A stretch of 20,000 bases of DNA from an uncultured virus (IMG/VR IMGVR_UViG_3300025585_000041) (IMGVR_UViG_3300025585_000041:55870-75869), one strand, 5' to 3'. Shown: positions 1 to 8,991, counted from the stretch's first letter. Notes: generated from the letters alone by a model not told the origin. A program made the numbers and translations.

Positions 1-154
1 TAATAAAGAAGAGGCACTAAATATAGCATACTCCATTGGAATGGAAGAATGGGTGCATGAATGGCCTGAAGATAAAGAATTAGATCGATGGCAAAGCACA
101 CGAAAAAGTAAATGGGGTAAAAAAATGATAAAGGTAGTGGAAAAAAATGCATAA
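1..154 (+). CDS. 3' end of a hypothetical protein (partial, runs off window start)
   Basis: Frame 2 is open from base 2 (NKEEALNIAYSIGMEEWVHEWPEDKELDRW...VEKNA) to TAA at 152-154 and overlaps the whiB start, like the other coupled genes here. Confidence 0.7.
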   Translation, partial: NKEEALNIAYSIGMEEWVHEWPEDKELDRWQSTRKSKWGKKMIKVVEKNA

Positions 155-431
155 AATAAAATGGAAAGATAATGCCAGTTGCCTTGGATATGACACAAAT
201 ATATTTTTTGATAAATATGAAGAATCTGAGTCTTTTAGAGAAGCAATAGACAAATTATGTTTAAGTTGTCCAGTCTTAAAAACTTGTTTTTCTGTAGGTG
301 TTTCTCAAAAAGAATGGGGAGTTTGGGGTGGAGTTTATTTAGAAAATGGTGATATTTCTAAAGAATTTAATTCCCATAGATCAGAAAAAGATTGGAGCAA
401 TGTCTGGACTATCCTGACAAATGAAAAATAA
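147..431 (+). CDS. whiB: WhiB-family Fe-S transcription regulator
   Basis: Four Cys in WhiB spacing (ASC...LCLSCPVLKTC) plus the GVWGG turn motif. Confidence 0.92.
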   Translation: MHKIKWKDNASCLGYDTNIFFDKYEESESFREAIDKLCLSCPVLKTCFSVGVSQKEWGVWGGVYLENGDISKEFNSHRSEKDWSNVWTILTNEK

Positions 432-1361
432 ATGTTTGTATACGGAGATTGGAAGCAGCCAAATAAACTAGAGGGACTACATAGAATAAGTGTTCCAAAA
501 TTAGGTTATGTATGGCCAATTATGGGACAGTTAGAAGATAATGAGGAATTTTCTGAAAGACTAATTGAAAAACCTGATCTTCATTTAGTCTTATGGCAAA
601 AAAATTTTTTACATGCATTTTTTAATATGGTTCAGTACATTTTACACTATCATAGAATAAATAATGATGCTTATTTTGTCATAATGTTTGGATTAGATTA
701 TCGTGAAGAAGACAAAGAAATAAATCATGCTAAGTTTATCTTAAAACTTTTAGATGATAAAAAAATTAAATATGAATTAGTTTATTTAAAAGAAGAGTCA
801 ATTGTAGTTAAAGATGCAACATATATGTCAGTTATACCTTTTTCTTCTTTTGTTTTTAAAGAAGTGTATGACTATTGTAGTACTAAAATAAATAGAGTTA
901 AATCTCCTAATAAAGTTGCCTATTTAGCAAGATCAAAAGTTCCACCAAAAGCAGAAAATAGTATTTTTAATGGAAAAGATCAAAATTCTTTTAGAATAAA
1001 AAATGATTTAAGGATAGAAGATGAAGAGGTATTAATTGAATATTTTAAGCAAAAAGGTTTTGACATAGTTTATCCAGAAGATTTTGCAAGTTTTGAAGAA
1101 CAAATTATTTATTTTGACAGTGTAAAGGCAATGATATGTCCATCTGGTTCTGGCATGGCTAATATGATGTTTTTGCAGCCATCACAAATTGTGGTGGAAT
1201 TGCAAACCCCAGTATTAATAGGTGGAACACAACAAGTGCATCCATTTTATGAAGGTTTTGCTTGGGCAAAAAAACATAATCTTATTACTATTCCACATGA
1301 AAGAAAATCAGAGCATATAATAGAATATTTTGAAAAAAGAAAATTTTTGGAGTATTTATGA
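432..1361 (+). CDS. Glycosyltransferase family 61 (DUF563-like) protein
   Basis: C-terminal YLAR...LRIEDEEVL...GFDIVYPE..SFEEQI.YF...SGSGMANMMF pattern typical of GT61/DUF563. Confidence 0.75.
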   Translation: MFVYGDWKQPNKLEGLHRISVPKLGYVWPIMGQLEDNEEFSERLIEKPDLHLVLWQKNFLHAFFNMVQYILHYHRINNDAYFVIMFGLDYREEDKEINHAKFILKLLDDKKIKYELVYLKEESIVVKDATYMSVIPFSSFVFKEVYDYCSTKINRVKSPNKVAYLARSKVPPKAENSIFNGKDQNSFRIKNDLRIEDEEVLIEYFKQKGFDIVYPEDFASFEEQIIYFDSVKAMICPSGSGMANMMFLQPSQIVVELQTPVLIGGTQQVHPFYEGFAWAKKHNLITIPHERKSEHIIEYFEKRKFLEYL

Positions 1362-2320
1362 TAAGAATGGAACCAAGAAAGCCAATATATTATGATGGCT
1401 TATTTAAAATTGAAGATGGATTTAATGCTTCTATGCCAATTATTACTAAGATAACTCATGAAGAATTTAAGGGCTATACATTTAATCAACATAATAACGG
1501 AGATCACTTTTTAGATGATACTAATAGAAAAAGGATAGTCGTTAGATTTGAGTCAGCATTTTTTCATATATTTTTTCACGTACTTGGTCCAATTTTATAT
1601 GAATATAAACAAGATAAAAACATTGAGGTAATACTATTACATCCAAGCAAAGAAAAAGATATTTTTCATAATAGTGGATTATTTGTAATAAATGTATTAA
1701 GAAAATATGGTATTCCGTATAGCGTTGTGCAAACACATTCTATTTATCCCCCAATAGTTAGAAATTTTTATTATTACGAAGAGACAGAGTTATGTGGAGA
1801 ATTTATTCGCTGTCTTGATGAGATGGTTGAAGGATATCGAGATCTTTCTATATCTAATGACAAAAAAATATATGTTTCTAGACAAAAAAAACAAAACATG
1901 ATGGCAACACAATTACACCAAATGTCACAAGAAGAAATAGATAAATTAGAATTTAAAGATGATTTAAGAATTGATAATGAAGAATATTTAGAGAATTTAT
2001 TAAGAGCCAATGGATTTGAAATATGTACCCCAGAAATGTTTAATAGCATTGAAGATCAAATAAAATATTTTGATAAAGCAAAAATTATAGTTTCATTATC
2101 TGGATCAGGACTCACTAATTTGCTTTTTATGAGAAAAAATACAACCATTATAGAGTTAAGTACAACACAATTACTTAAACAGAATATAGAATTTCATTTT
2201 CATTTTTATCTAATATCTTCTTTATTTTCTGAAAAAATATATGTATCAGTACCAAATGTCACTAGAAAATATGATAAAATAGAAAAAGAACTTGAAAGGT
2301 TTATAAAAATATATGACTAA
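1358..2320 (+). CDS. Glycosyltransferase family 61 (DUF563-like) protein, paralog of upstream gene
   Basis: IYVSR...DLRIDNEEYL...GFEICTPE...IEDQIKYF...SGSGLTNLLF; ATGA overlap with the previous gene. Confidence 0.75.
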   Translation: MIRMEPRKPIYYDGLFKIEDGFNASMPIITKITHEEFKGYTFNQHNNGDHFLDDTNRKRIVVRFESAFFHIFFHVLGPILYEYKQDKNIEVILLHPSKEKDIFHNSGLFVINVLRKYGIPYSVVQTHSIYPPIVRNFYYYEETELCGEFIRCLDEMVEGYRDLSISNDKKIYVSRQKKQNMMATQLHQMSQEEIDKLEFKDDLRIDNEEYLENLLRANGFEICTPEMFNSIEDQIKYFDKAKIIVSLSGSGLTNLLFMRKNTTIIELSTTQLLKQNIEFHFHFYLISSLFSEKIYVSVPNVTRKYDKIEKELERFIKIYD

Positions 2321-3041
2321 TATACTTATTCCAATTGCTGGACTTGGTAGTAGGTTTCCAGTAGACATATATAAAACAACTAAGCCATTAATAAAAATAA
2401 ATGGAATTTCTATGATACAGCATGCCATAAATTCTTTATCTATAAAAGGAAAGTATAATTTTGTAGTTAGAGATAACATATTTTTTGATGAATTATATTC
2501 AACATTAAAAAACATTGAGCCAACATGTAATATTATTAAGATTGATAAATTAACAAATGGACCAGCAGAAACATGCTTGATGGCAAAAGATTTTATCAAT
2601 AATGATGAAGAACTCATAATTGCTAACTCTGATCAAATAATGTGGTGGGATTCTGATTTATTTTTACAGGTAGCACGTAATTCAAAATATGATGGAATGA
2701 TTGTAACTTATACCGCAAATACAGATAAAAATAGTTATGCTAAAATAAATAAAAATGGATTAGTTTTAGAAATAAAAGAAAAAGAAATTATAAGTGATAT
2801 ATCATTAAATGGAATACATTATTGGAAACATGGAAAAGATTTTGTTGATAGTGCAAGCAAAATGATATTAAATAACGAAAGATATAATGGAGAATTTTAT
2901 GTAGGACCTACTTATAATTCAATGATTAAAGATGGTAAAAAAATTGGAATTTATCACATACCTTCTTTTCAACATAATGCTGTTGGAGTACCTTCTGATT
3001 TAGAACTATATATGGAGAAACTATGGAAATTAGAAGAATAG
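2313..3041 (+). CDS. Sugar-phosphate nucleotidyltransferase (NTP_transferase / GT2 BcbE-like)
   Basis: N-terminal ILIPIAGLGSRF...KPLIKING signature, T.GPAET, IANSDQ, GIHYW, NGEFYVGPTYN, GVPSDL. Confidence 0.85.
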   Translation: MTNILIPIAGLGSRFPVDIYKTTKPLIKINGISMIQHAINSLSIKGKYNFVVRDNIFFDELYSTLKNIEPTCNIIKIDKLTNGPAETCLMAKDFINNDEELIIANSDQIMWWDSDLFLQVARNSKYDGMIVTYTANTDKNSYAKINKNGLVLEIKEKEIISDISLNGIHYWKHGKDFVDSASKMILNNERYNGEFYVGPTYNSMIKDGKKIGIYHIPSFQHNAVGVPSDLELYMEKLWKLEE

Positions 3042-3346
3042 AAGACTTTACCAGAGGATGGATTATAGGAAACTTTGATCCGTCTTTATTAAAAACAGAT
3101 AAATTTGAGGTTGGTTTGTTAACTCATAAGGCTGGAGAAATGTGGCCAAAACATTACCATGAGGTTGCAACAGAATATAATGTTCTTGTATCTGGTAGAA
3201 TGATAATACAAGGAAAAGAATTAAAATCTGGAGACGTTTTTGTTTTTAATCCAGGAGATATAGCAGATCCAATATTTTTAGAAGATTGTTCAGTTTTAGT
3301 AGTAAAAGTTCCATCTATTATAGGAGATAAGTATGAAGTTTTATAG
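3023..3346 (+). CDS. RmlC-like cupin domain protein
   Basis: GWIIGNF..., metal-binding KHYH...TEYN, G-D-V-F-V-F-N-P-G beta-barrel pattern; 107 aa. Confidence 0.75.
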   Translation: MEIRRIEDFTRGWIIGNFDPSLLKTDKFEVGLLTHKAGEMWPKHYHEVATEYNVLVSGRMIIQGKELKSGDVFVFNPGDIADPIFLEDCSVLVVKVPSIIGDKYEVL

Positions 3347-4538
3347 AGACTTAGACGACTCTGAAAAACAAAGATGTATAGTTGTAACATATTATATAGA
3401 AGTCAATCCTTCACATGGTAGATTAAATGATGCTGCATGGGCGCTTGCTATTGGACAAAGTGTTGGTAATCCAAAACAAAGAAATAGTTGGGAAACTGAT
3501 GATATATTTGAAATGTCATCATGTGTTATTTATGATGATGAAGAAAAATTAAAATTAGCACTAAATGGTTTTGTTAAAATTGGTTTTCCAAAAATAAATT
3601 CAGATTGGGATAACGATGGTATTTCGCATTTCTTATGTCAGATTATGGGTGGACAATTAGACATTGATGTATTTAAAGTATGTAGAGTGGTAGATGTTGA
3701 ATTTCCAGAAAGTGTAAAAAAGAGTTTTCTTGGCCCTAAGTTTGGTATGTCTGGAATAAGAGAGTTAACTGGACAAAAAAATAAGCCATTGTTAGGCGGT
3801 ATTGTAAAACCTAAAACTGGAATATCAGTTAAACAACTAGGATATATAGTTAAAGAGTTAATTGATGGTGGCGTTGATTTTATTAAAGAAGATGAAATAT
3901 TATCTAACCCAACATTTTGTAGGCTAGAAGAAAGAGTTGAGCACATTGCTAACATTATCGCAGATTCTGGAAGAAAGGTAGTTTTTGCTCATTGTATTAA
4001 TGCTGATCCACATGCTATTTTAAATAGAGTAAAAACAGTATATGAAAATGGTGGTAATGGTGTACATGTAAACTTCTGGAGCGGATTTGGAGCATATAAC
4101 TCTATACGAAAAATGGATCTTCCAATATATATGCATTTTCAAAAAAGCGGGGATAAGATATTAACAAATCCTAGTCATAATTTTAGAATTGATTGGTATG
4201 TTATTTGTAAGTTAGCAGCATTAATGGGAGTAGATACGATACATACTGGTATGTGGGGTGGGTATTTAAGTGATGACGAAGATAATTTAAAAAGATCTAT
4301 AGATTTATTAAATGATAATAATGTTGTGCCAGCGCTAAGTTGCGGAATGCATCCTGGCCTTGTAGAGGCTATAAGCAGAAGGTTTGGTATAAACTATATG
4401 GCAAACGTAGGAGGAGCCATCCACGGGCATTCTGGTGGCACTTTAGGGGGCACTATGGCCATGAGGCAGGCTATAGATAAGTCCTATGGTCCAGAATATA
4501 TTTCTGCTATAGAAAAGTGGGGAATTGTTAATGATTAA
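3333..4538 (+). CDS. RuBisCO-like protein (form IV RLP), RuBisCO large-subunit fold
   Basis: GPKFG..GIR, GGIVKPKTG (K175/K177 equivalents), GGVDFIKEDE (carbamylated Lys/metal motif), IHTG, SCGMHPG, GGAIHGH. The HRA motif and the loop-6 Lys of true RuBisCO are missing. Confidence 0.92.
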   Translation: MKFYRDLDDSEKQRCIVVTYYIEVNPSHGRLNDAAWALAIGQSVGNPKQRNSWETDDIFEMSSCVIYDDEEKLKLALNGFVKIGFPKINSDWDNDGISHFLCQIMGGQLDIDVFKVCRVVDVEFPESVKKSFLGPKFGMSGIRELTGQKNKPLLGGIVKPKTGISVKQLGYIVKELIDGGVDFIKEDEILSNPTFCRLEERVEHIANIIADSGRKVVFAHCINADPHAILNRVKTVYENGGNGVHVNFWSGFGAYNSIRKMDLPIYMHFQKSGDKILTNPSHNFRIDWYVICKLAALMGVDTIHTGMWGGYLSDDEDNLKRSIDLLNDNNVVPALSCGMHPGLVEAISRRFGINYMANVGGAIHGHSGGTLGGTMAMRQAIDKSYGPEYISAIEKWGIVND

Positions 4539-4971
4539 AATATCACATAGGGGTAATCTATATGGTAAAAATGAATCAAGAGAAAACTCCCCAGATTATA
4601 TTGCTGAGGCTATAAATGCTGGATACAATGTTGAAATAGATTTTTGGTTTGTAAATAATAAAATGTATTTAGGACATGATAAACCAACATATGAGATCGA
4701 CATATATTTTTTAAATTCTTATATTAAAAAGTTATGGATTCATTGTAAAAATTTAGAAGCCTTAGATTTAGTTTTATCAATGCCAAAATATTATAATGCG
4801 TTTTGGCACCAAGAAGATGATTTTACAATAACTACTAATCATTATATATGGACATACCCTGGTATGCCAGTTACACCAAAAAGTATTTTGGTTCATCAAG
4901 AAATGCCAACCGCAGATGTTTTAAATATGCAGATGGCTGGAATCTGTAGTGATCATATTGGAAGAGTATAA
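4531..4971 (+). CDS. PLC-like/glycerophosphodiester phosphodiesterase-family protein
   Basis: ISHRGN...ENS...A...GYNVEIDFW...LGHD...LWIHCKN. ATG at 4531, overlapping the RLP stop, is preferred to the TTG at 4525. Confidence 0.75.
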   Translation: MIKISHRGNLYGKNESRENSPDYIAEAINAGYNVEIDFWFVNNKMYLGHDKPTYEIDIYFLNSYIKKLWIHCKNLEALDLVLSMPKYYNAFWHQEDDFTITTNHYIWTYPGMPVTPKSILVHQEMPTADVLNMQMAGICSDHIGRV

Positions 4972-4973
4972 AA

Positions 4974-5180
4974 ATGAACAATAAAGAATATTTAGAATTT
5001 TTAAGACAAAAAAATAAAAAAATTATGTCTAAATGTTATTACTGTGATGGTTTTGCAATAACAATAATTGCAGATGGTTACTCAATACATCCTGTATGTA
5101 AAAATCATGATAATAGATCATTTGATATAATTGAAGATGATATAAATAAAATTTTTGAAAGTCAGAGGGATTTTGAATGA
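4974..5180 (+). CDS. Small protein with putative zinc finger
   Basis: CYYC...CKNH; coupled to neighbours (ATGA overlap at 5177-5180). Confidence 0.6.
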   Translation: MNNKEYLEFLRQKNKKIMSKCYYCDGFAITIIADGYSIHPVCKNHDNRSFDIIEDDINKIFESQRDFE

Positions 5181-5938
5181 TTATACAAATTATAGGATTA
5201 CCAGGTTCTGGTAAGACAGAGTTAGCAAAAGCATTAAAAGAACGAATTAATGCTATTCATCTTAATGCGGATGAGGTTCGTGCTACCGTAAATTCTGACC
5301 TTGGCTTTAGCCATGAAGATAGGATTGAGCAGGCAAGACGAATGGGTGAGATGGCTCGTCTTATTGCAAAACAAGGGGTTGCACCAGTAGTAGTTGATTT
5401 TGTTTGTCCTACAGAATTAACTCGTGCAGCATTTGGTAAGCCAGATATTTTAGTTTATATGGAAACAATTGAGGCTGGTAGATTTGAAGATACTAATAAA
5501 ATGTTTGAAGTGCCATCTAACTTTGATATGGCATTTATTAGTCATGAATGGGATGCCAATGAAAAAGCATCGGTAATCATTAATCAATTTAATTTACACG
5601 ATTGGTCAGCACCTACAACATTAATGCTTGGTAGATATCAGCCTTGGCATGAAGGCCATCATGCTTTGTATGAAGAGGCTGGGAAAAGAACAAAACAAGT
5701 GCTTCTTGGGGTACGCAATACATATAACACAAGTCCAAAAGATCCGCTTAAATTTGATCAAGTTAAAGAATATATTTCAAAAGATGAGTTTATGGATGGG
5801 GCAATGGTGCTACGTTTGCCAAATATTACTAACATAGTTTATGGTCGTGATGTAGGATATAAAATTGAACAGATTGAACTTGCTCCAGAAATACAGGCTA
5901 TTTCTGCGACACAAAAACGTAAGGAAATGGGAATATGA
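5177..5938 (+). CDS. Adenylylsulfate (APS) kinase-like P-loop domain fused to HxGH nucleotidyltransferase domain
   Basis: N-terminus GLPGSGKT, LNADEVR, DLGFSHEDRIEQARR (CysC-like); C-terminus LGRYQPWHEGH (cytidyltransferase-like HIGH motif). Confidence 0.82.
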   Translation: MIIQIIGLPGSGKTELAKALKERINAIHLNADEVRATVNSDLGFSHEDRIEQARRMGEMARLIAKQGVAPVVVDFVCPTELTRAAFGKPDILVYMETIEAGRFEDTNKMFEVPSNFDMAFISHEWDANEKASVIINQFNLHDWSAPTTLMLGRYQPWHEGHHALYEEAGKRTKQVLLGVRNTYNTSPKDPLKFDQVKEYISKDEFMDGAMVLRLPNITNIVYGRDVGYKIEQIELAPEIQAISATQKRKEMGI

Positions 5939-6237
5939 ATAAAATTAAATATATTTGGGAAATAGTAAAAGACCGTTGGATTAGACCATATGATGAAATT
6001 ACTGTAAGGTTTAATACAAAGGCACAACCAGAAGATCCTTTGGTATGGAGAATTTTTATTAATGGAGTTGAAAATTTAGCAAGTGGATTTGAAATTCATG
6101 GATATGTTTATGATATTGTGAATCAGCATAACGGTGAGACAAAATGGAATGTTGGATGTAAGGGAAGAGTTCGTTGGGAAGGTTCTAAGGCTATTATTAT
6201 TACAGCGCCAAAACAATCAGAAGACCTTTTGTCATAA
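5935..6237 (+). CDS. Hypothetical protein
   Basis: 100-aa ORF in the coupled run (ATGA overlap upstream, abutting downstream). Confidence 0.65.
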   Translation: MNKIKYIWEIVKDRWIRPYDEITVRFNTKAQPEDPLVWRIFINGVENLASGFEIHGYVYDIVNQHNGETKWNVGCKGRVRWEGSKAIIITAPKQSEDLLS

Positions 6238-6474
6238 ATGTATACAGATGGAATGCGTAGGGCTTTTAGGTCATTAAACCATTTTTGTCCTAAAGGTTTT
6301 AGTTTAGAACTTATAGATAATGATAATTTTATTACTGTTAAAGCATCAGAAAAATCTTTTATGTCGTTACTTGACGAAGACAAGCGTCGTGCTGTAGAAT
6401 ATATGGTAAGAGTAAAAAAAGCATTAGAAGATAATGGTGCCATTGTCTTATTAGTAAGAGAAGGCGGAAAATGA
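6238..6474 (+). CDS. Hypothetical protein
   Basis: 78-aa ORF abutting the previous stop, with an ATGA overlap to the next ORF. Confidence 0.7.
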   Translation: MYTDGMRRAFRSLNHFCPKGFSLELIDNDNFITVKASEKSFMSLLDEDKRRAVEYMVRVKKALEDNGAIVLLVREGGK

Positions 6475-6605
6475 AAAATAAATTTATTTTTGGCATTATT
6501 GGAATAATAACCTTATCAACAATATTAACATTTTGGGTTAGGCAGTTGACAAAAATTGAAGACTTTGATATATTTGGAGATATAGAAGACGAGGAAGATC
6601 TATAA
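6471..6605 (+). CDS. Small membrane-anchored protein (44 aa; not in ORF track)
   Basis: MKNKFIFGIIGIITLSTILTFWVRQLTKIEDFDIFGDIEDEEDL: one hydrophobic helix and an acidic tail. Fills the gap exactly (ATGA and TAATG overlaps). Confidence 0.7.
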   Translation: MKNKFIFGIIGIITLSTILTFWVRQLTKIEDFDIFGDIEDEEDL

Positions 6606-7102
6606 TGCAAACATTTCTACCATCATCAGATTTTAATATCTGTGCAAAAATGCTTGATTCTAAAAGATTAAATAAGCAAATATTAGAAGGCTACCAAATA
6701 CTAAATGTGCTCTCTGGAAACTCACCTACTGGTGGTTGGCGCAATCATCCTGCCGTACTTATGTGGAAAGGCAGCGAATGGATGCTTAATGAATACGTTT
6801 ATGCAATGATTAAAGAAGCAAAGTCTAGAAATATAAAAGTTGATAAAAATCAAGAAAATATGAAATTATTAAAAACAAGATTTTCTAAAATTTGGGGTAA
6901 AAATAAACCTAAATGGTTTATAGATAAAAATAAATTAATGCTTGTTATTACCACACACAAAGCAAATTTATTTAAAAAAGATCCTCTTTATTATGCAAAA
7001 TTTCAACACGCTATTTATAGCATAAATAACTCACCTTGCTGTCCAAATCGTAAAGAACCTTGTAAGTATTATTGGCCAACACACGAGGATAAATATGCTT
7101 GA
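6605..7102 (+). CDS. Pyrimidine-dimer DNA glycosylase/endonuclease V family (MSMEG_6728-like)
   Basis: MQTFLP...LDSKRLNKQILEGYQIL...GGWRNHPAVLMWKG...H..NL..KDP..Y...YYWP. Confidence 0.85.
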   Translation: MQTFLPSSDFNICAKMLDSKRLNKQILEGYQILNVLSGNSPTGGWRNHPAVLMWKGSEWMLNEYVYAMIKEAKSRNIKVDKNQENMKLLKTRFSKIWGKNKPKWFIDKNKLMLVITTHKANLFKKDPLYYAKFQHAIYSINNSPCCPNRKEPCKYYWPTHEDKYA

Positions 7103-7457
7103 TTTATTAGTTTTTATTTTAGTTGTTATAGTTATTGTTGGCGCAGTTATAGAAAACATAAGATTAAAAAATAAAAATATAGAGTTAATGTTTTTGTTAA
7201 CACAATCTGCCATAGATATAAACAGTATTAAAGAAAAAATAGAAAATAATTCAGAAAATATTGAACAAGAACATCTAATAGCATTTTTAACTGAAACAAG
7301 AGATATGGCGTATAAGTATATTGAAGATTTACAAAAAGAATTAATTACATTTGCTAAAATTTTAGATCAAGAGTCATCGTCTCCAAATGATTTATCTGTT
7401 CTTAGAATTAAAAAGGCTTTTGATAACTTAGAAAGTATGAAGCCAGATGCAAATTAA
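7095..7457 (+). CDS. Hypothetical membrane-anchored coiled-coil protein
   Basis: N-terminal hydrophobic helix (LLVFILVVIVIVGAV) followed by helical charged sequence. Confidence 0.65.
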   Translation: MLDLLVFILVVIVIVGAVIENIRLKNKNIELMFLLTQSAIDINSIKEKIENNSENIEQEHLIAFLTETRDMAYKYIEDLQKELITFAKILDQESSSPNDLSVLRIKKAFDNLESMKPDAN

Positions 7458-8991
7458 TAAAATAGTAATAGTTGGCGGGGGTTCTGCTGGATGGATGACT
7501 GCATCTGCACTAATAAAAGCATACCCAGAAAAAAATATTTCTTTAATTGAAAGCACAGATATTCCAATTATTGGTGTAGGAGAAAGTACTACATTTGAAA
7601 TAAATGGATTTTTTAATTTTTTAGATTTAGACTATTCAAGCATTATGAAATATACAAATGCTGCCTATAAAGTGGCAATAGGTTTTACTAACTTTAAAAC
7701 TAAAGATTCGCCAACATTTTATTATCCGTTTGGACACCCCAATTTAGACCCAGAAATAACACATTATGGACTTGATGATTGGCATTATAAAAAAGCATTT
7801 TATCCAAAAACAGAAGATCAAGATTATGTAAGATATTTTTTCCCGCAGGCTAAAAGCATGGAAACAAACAAACTTGTAATTGATCATATAGACTCAATGA
7901 ATCCATATCAGCCTCATAGGGATTTAGCATTGCAGATGGATGCTACTAAACTTGGTAACTGGCTTGCAGAATATTATGCTATCCCCAGGGGTGTAAATAG
8001 AATATTTGGTACAGTTACTGATATTGATGGAAATGAAAATGGTATAACATCTATACTTTTAGACAATGGCACTAAAGTTTATGCTGACTTATTTATAGAT
8101 TGTTCTGGATTTAAAAGTATCCTTTTGGGTAATTTTATGAAAGAAAAATTTATTTCTACTGCTGAATACCTTCCAAATAATAGAGCATGGACTGCACATA
8201 TTCCATATACTGATAAAGAGAAAGAATTACAAACTTTTACAAATTGTACTGCTATAAATAATGGGTGGATTTGGAATATTCCTTTATGGAATAGAATAGG
8301 CTCTGGGTACGTATACTGTAATGAATTTATTTCAGATGATGATGCATTAGAAGAATATAAAAATTATTTAGATTCAGACAAAATGGTAGTTCATGATCCA
8401 AATAGATCTAAAAATTTAACTTTTAAAAATATAAAAATTACTAATGGGTATTATGACAGATTTTGGGTTAAAAATGTAGTTGCTATTGGATTATCTGCAG
8501 GATTTTTAGAACCATTAGAAAGTACTGGATTGTTACTAACTCATCAAAATTGTTTTACTTTGGTTGATGCTCTTGAAAGAGAGCATGTAACACAATACGA
8601 TATAGATAATTTTAACTATAAGACAAAAACTAGAATTGAAAGAATGTTTGATTTTGTTGGAATGCATTATGCATTATCTCAAAGAGAAGATACGCCATAT
8701 TGGAAGCATATAACTTCAAAAAAATATCCAGAAAACTATTTTAAATCATCAGTTGAGTGGGCAAATAAAAATGTTGATACAATTAAAACTGGATTTGGCA
8801 TAAGGCCTTTCCACAAAACATATATTAGTTTATTAGAAAAAATGTCGCACTTTAATAACTCTGATATAAAAACTAAAATGGATGAATATTTTAGTAAGAG
8901 ATTAGAGGCAAAGAAAAATTGGGATAGTATTGTAGATAATTCTAAGTCGCATTTTGAAATACTAAAAGAAAAATTTTATGAAACAGAATAA
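7447..8991 (+). CDS. Flavin-dependent tryptophan halogenase (PrnA/RebH family)
   Basis: IVGGGSAGW (FAD binding), GVGEST, catalytic-Lys region AAYKVAI, FIDCSGF, GWIWNIPL (WxWxIP), GFLEPLESTG. Confidence 0.9.
   Translation: MQINKIVIVGGGSAGWMTASALIKAYPEKNISLIESTDIPIIGVGESTTFEINGFFNFLDLDYSSIMKYTNAAYKVAIGFTNFKTKDSPTFYYPFGHPNLDPEITHYGLDDWHYKKAFYPKTEDQDYVRYFFPQAKSMETNKLVIDHIDSMNPYQPHRDLALQMDATKLGNWLAEYYAIPRGVNRIFGTVTDIDGNENGITSILLDNGTKVYADLFIDCSGFKSILLGNFMKEKFISTAEYLPNNRAWTAHIPYTDKEKELQTFTNCTAINNGWIWNIPLWNRIGSGYVYCNEFISDDDALEEYKNYLDSDKMVVHDPNRSKNLTFKNIKITNGYYDRFWVKNVVAIGLSAGFLEPLESTGLLLTHQNCFTLVDALEREHVTQYDIDNFNYKTKTRIERMFDFVGMHYALSQREDTPYWKHITSKKYPENYFKSSVEWANKNVDTIKTGFGIRPFHKTYISLLEKMSHFNNSDIKTKMDEYFSKRLEAKKNWDSIVDNSKSHFEILKEKFYETE

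Noticed and set aside
3333..4538. True CO2-fixing RuBisCO (rbcL/cbbL/cbbM) as an auxiliary metabolic gene
   Set aside because: Lacks the H294/R295, loop-6 K334, E60 and N123 equivalents; only 401 aa; no small subunit or phosphoribulokinase nearby.
1542..7213. Minus-strand and alternate-frame ORFs in the track (1542, 1774, 2246, 3154, 3638, 5628, 5839, 6123, 6359, 7031)
   Set aside because: They lie antisense to or inside well-supported coupled genes, have no recognisable motifs, and have shadow-ORF composition.
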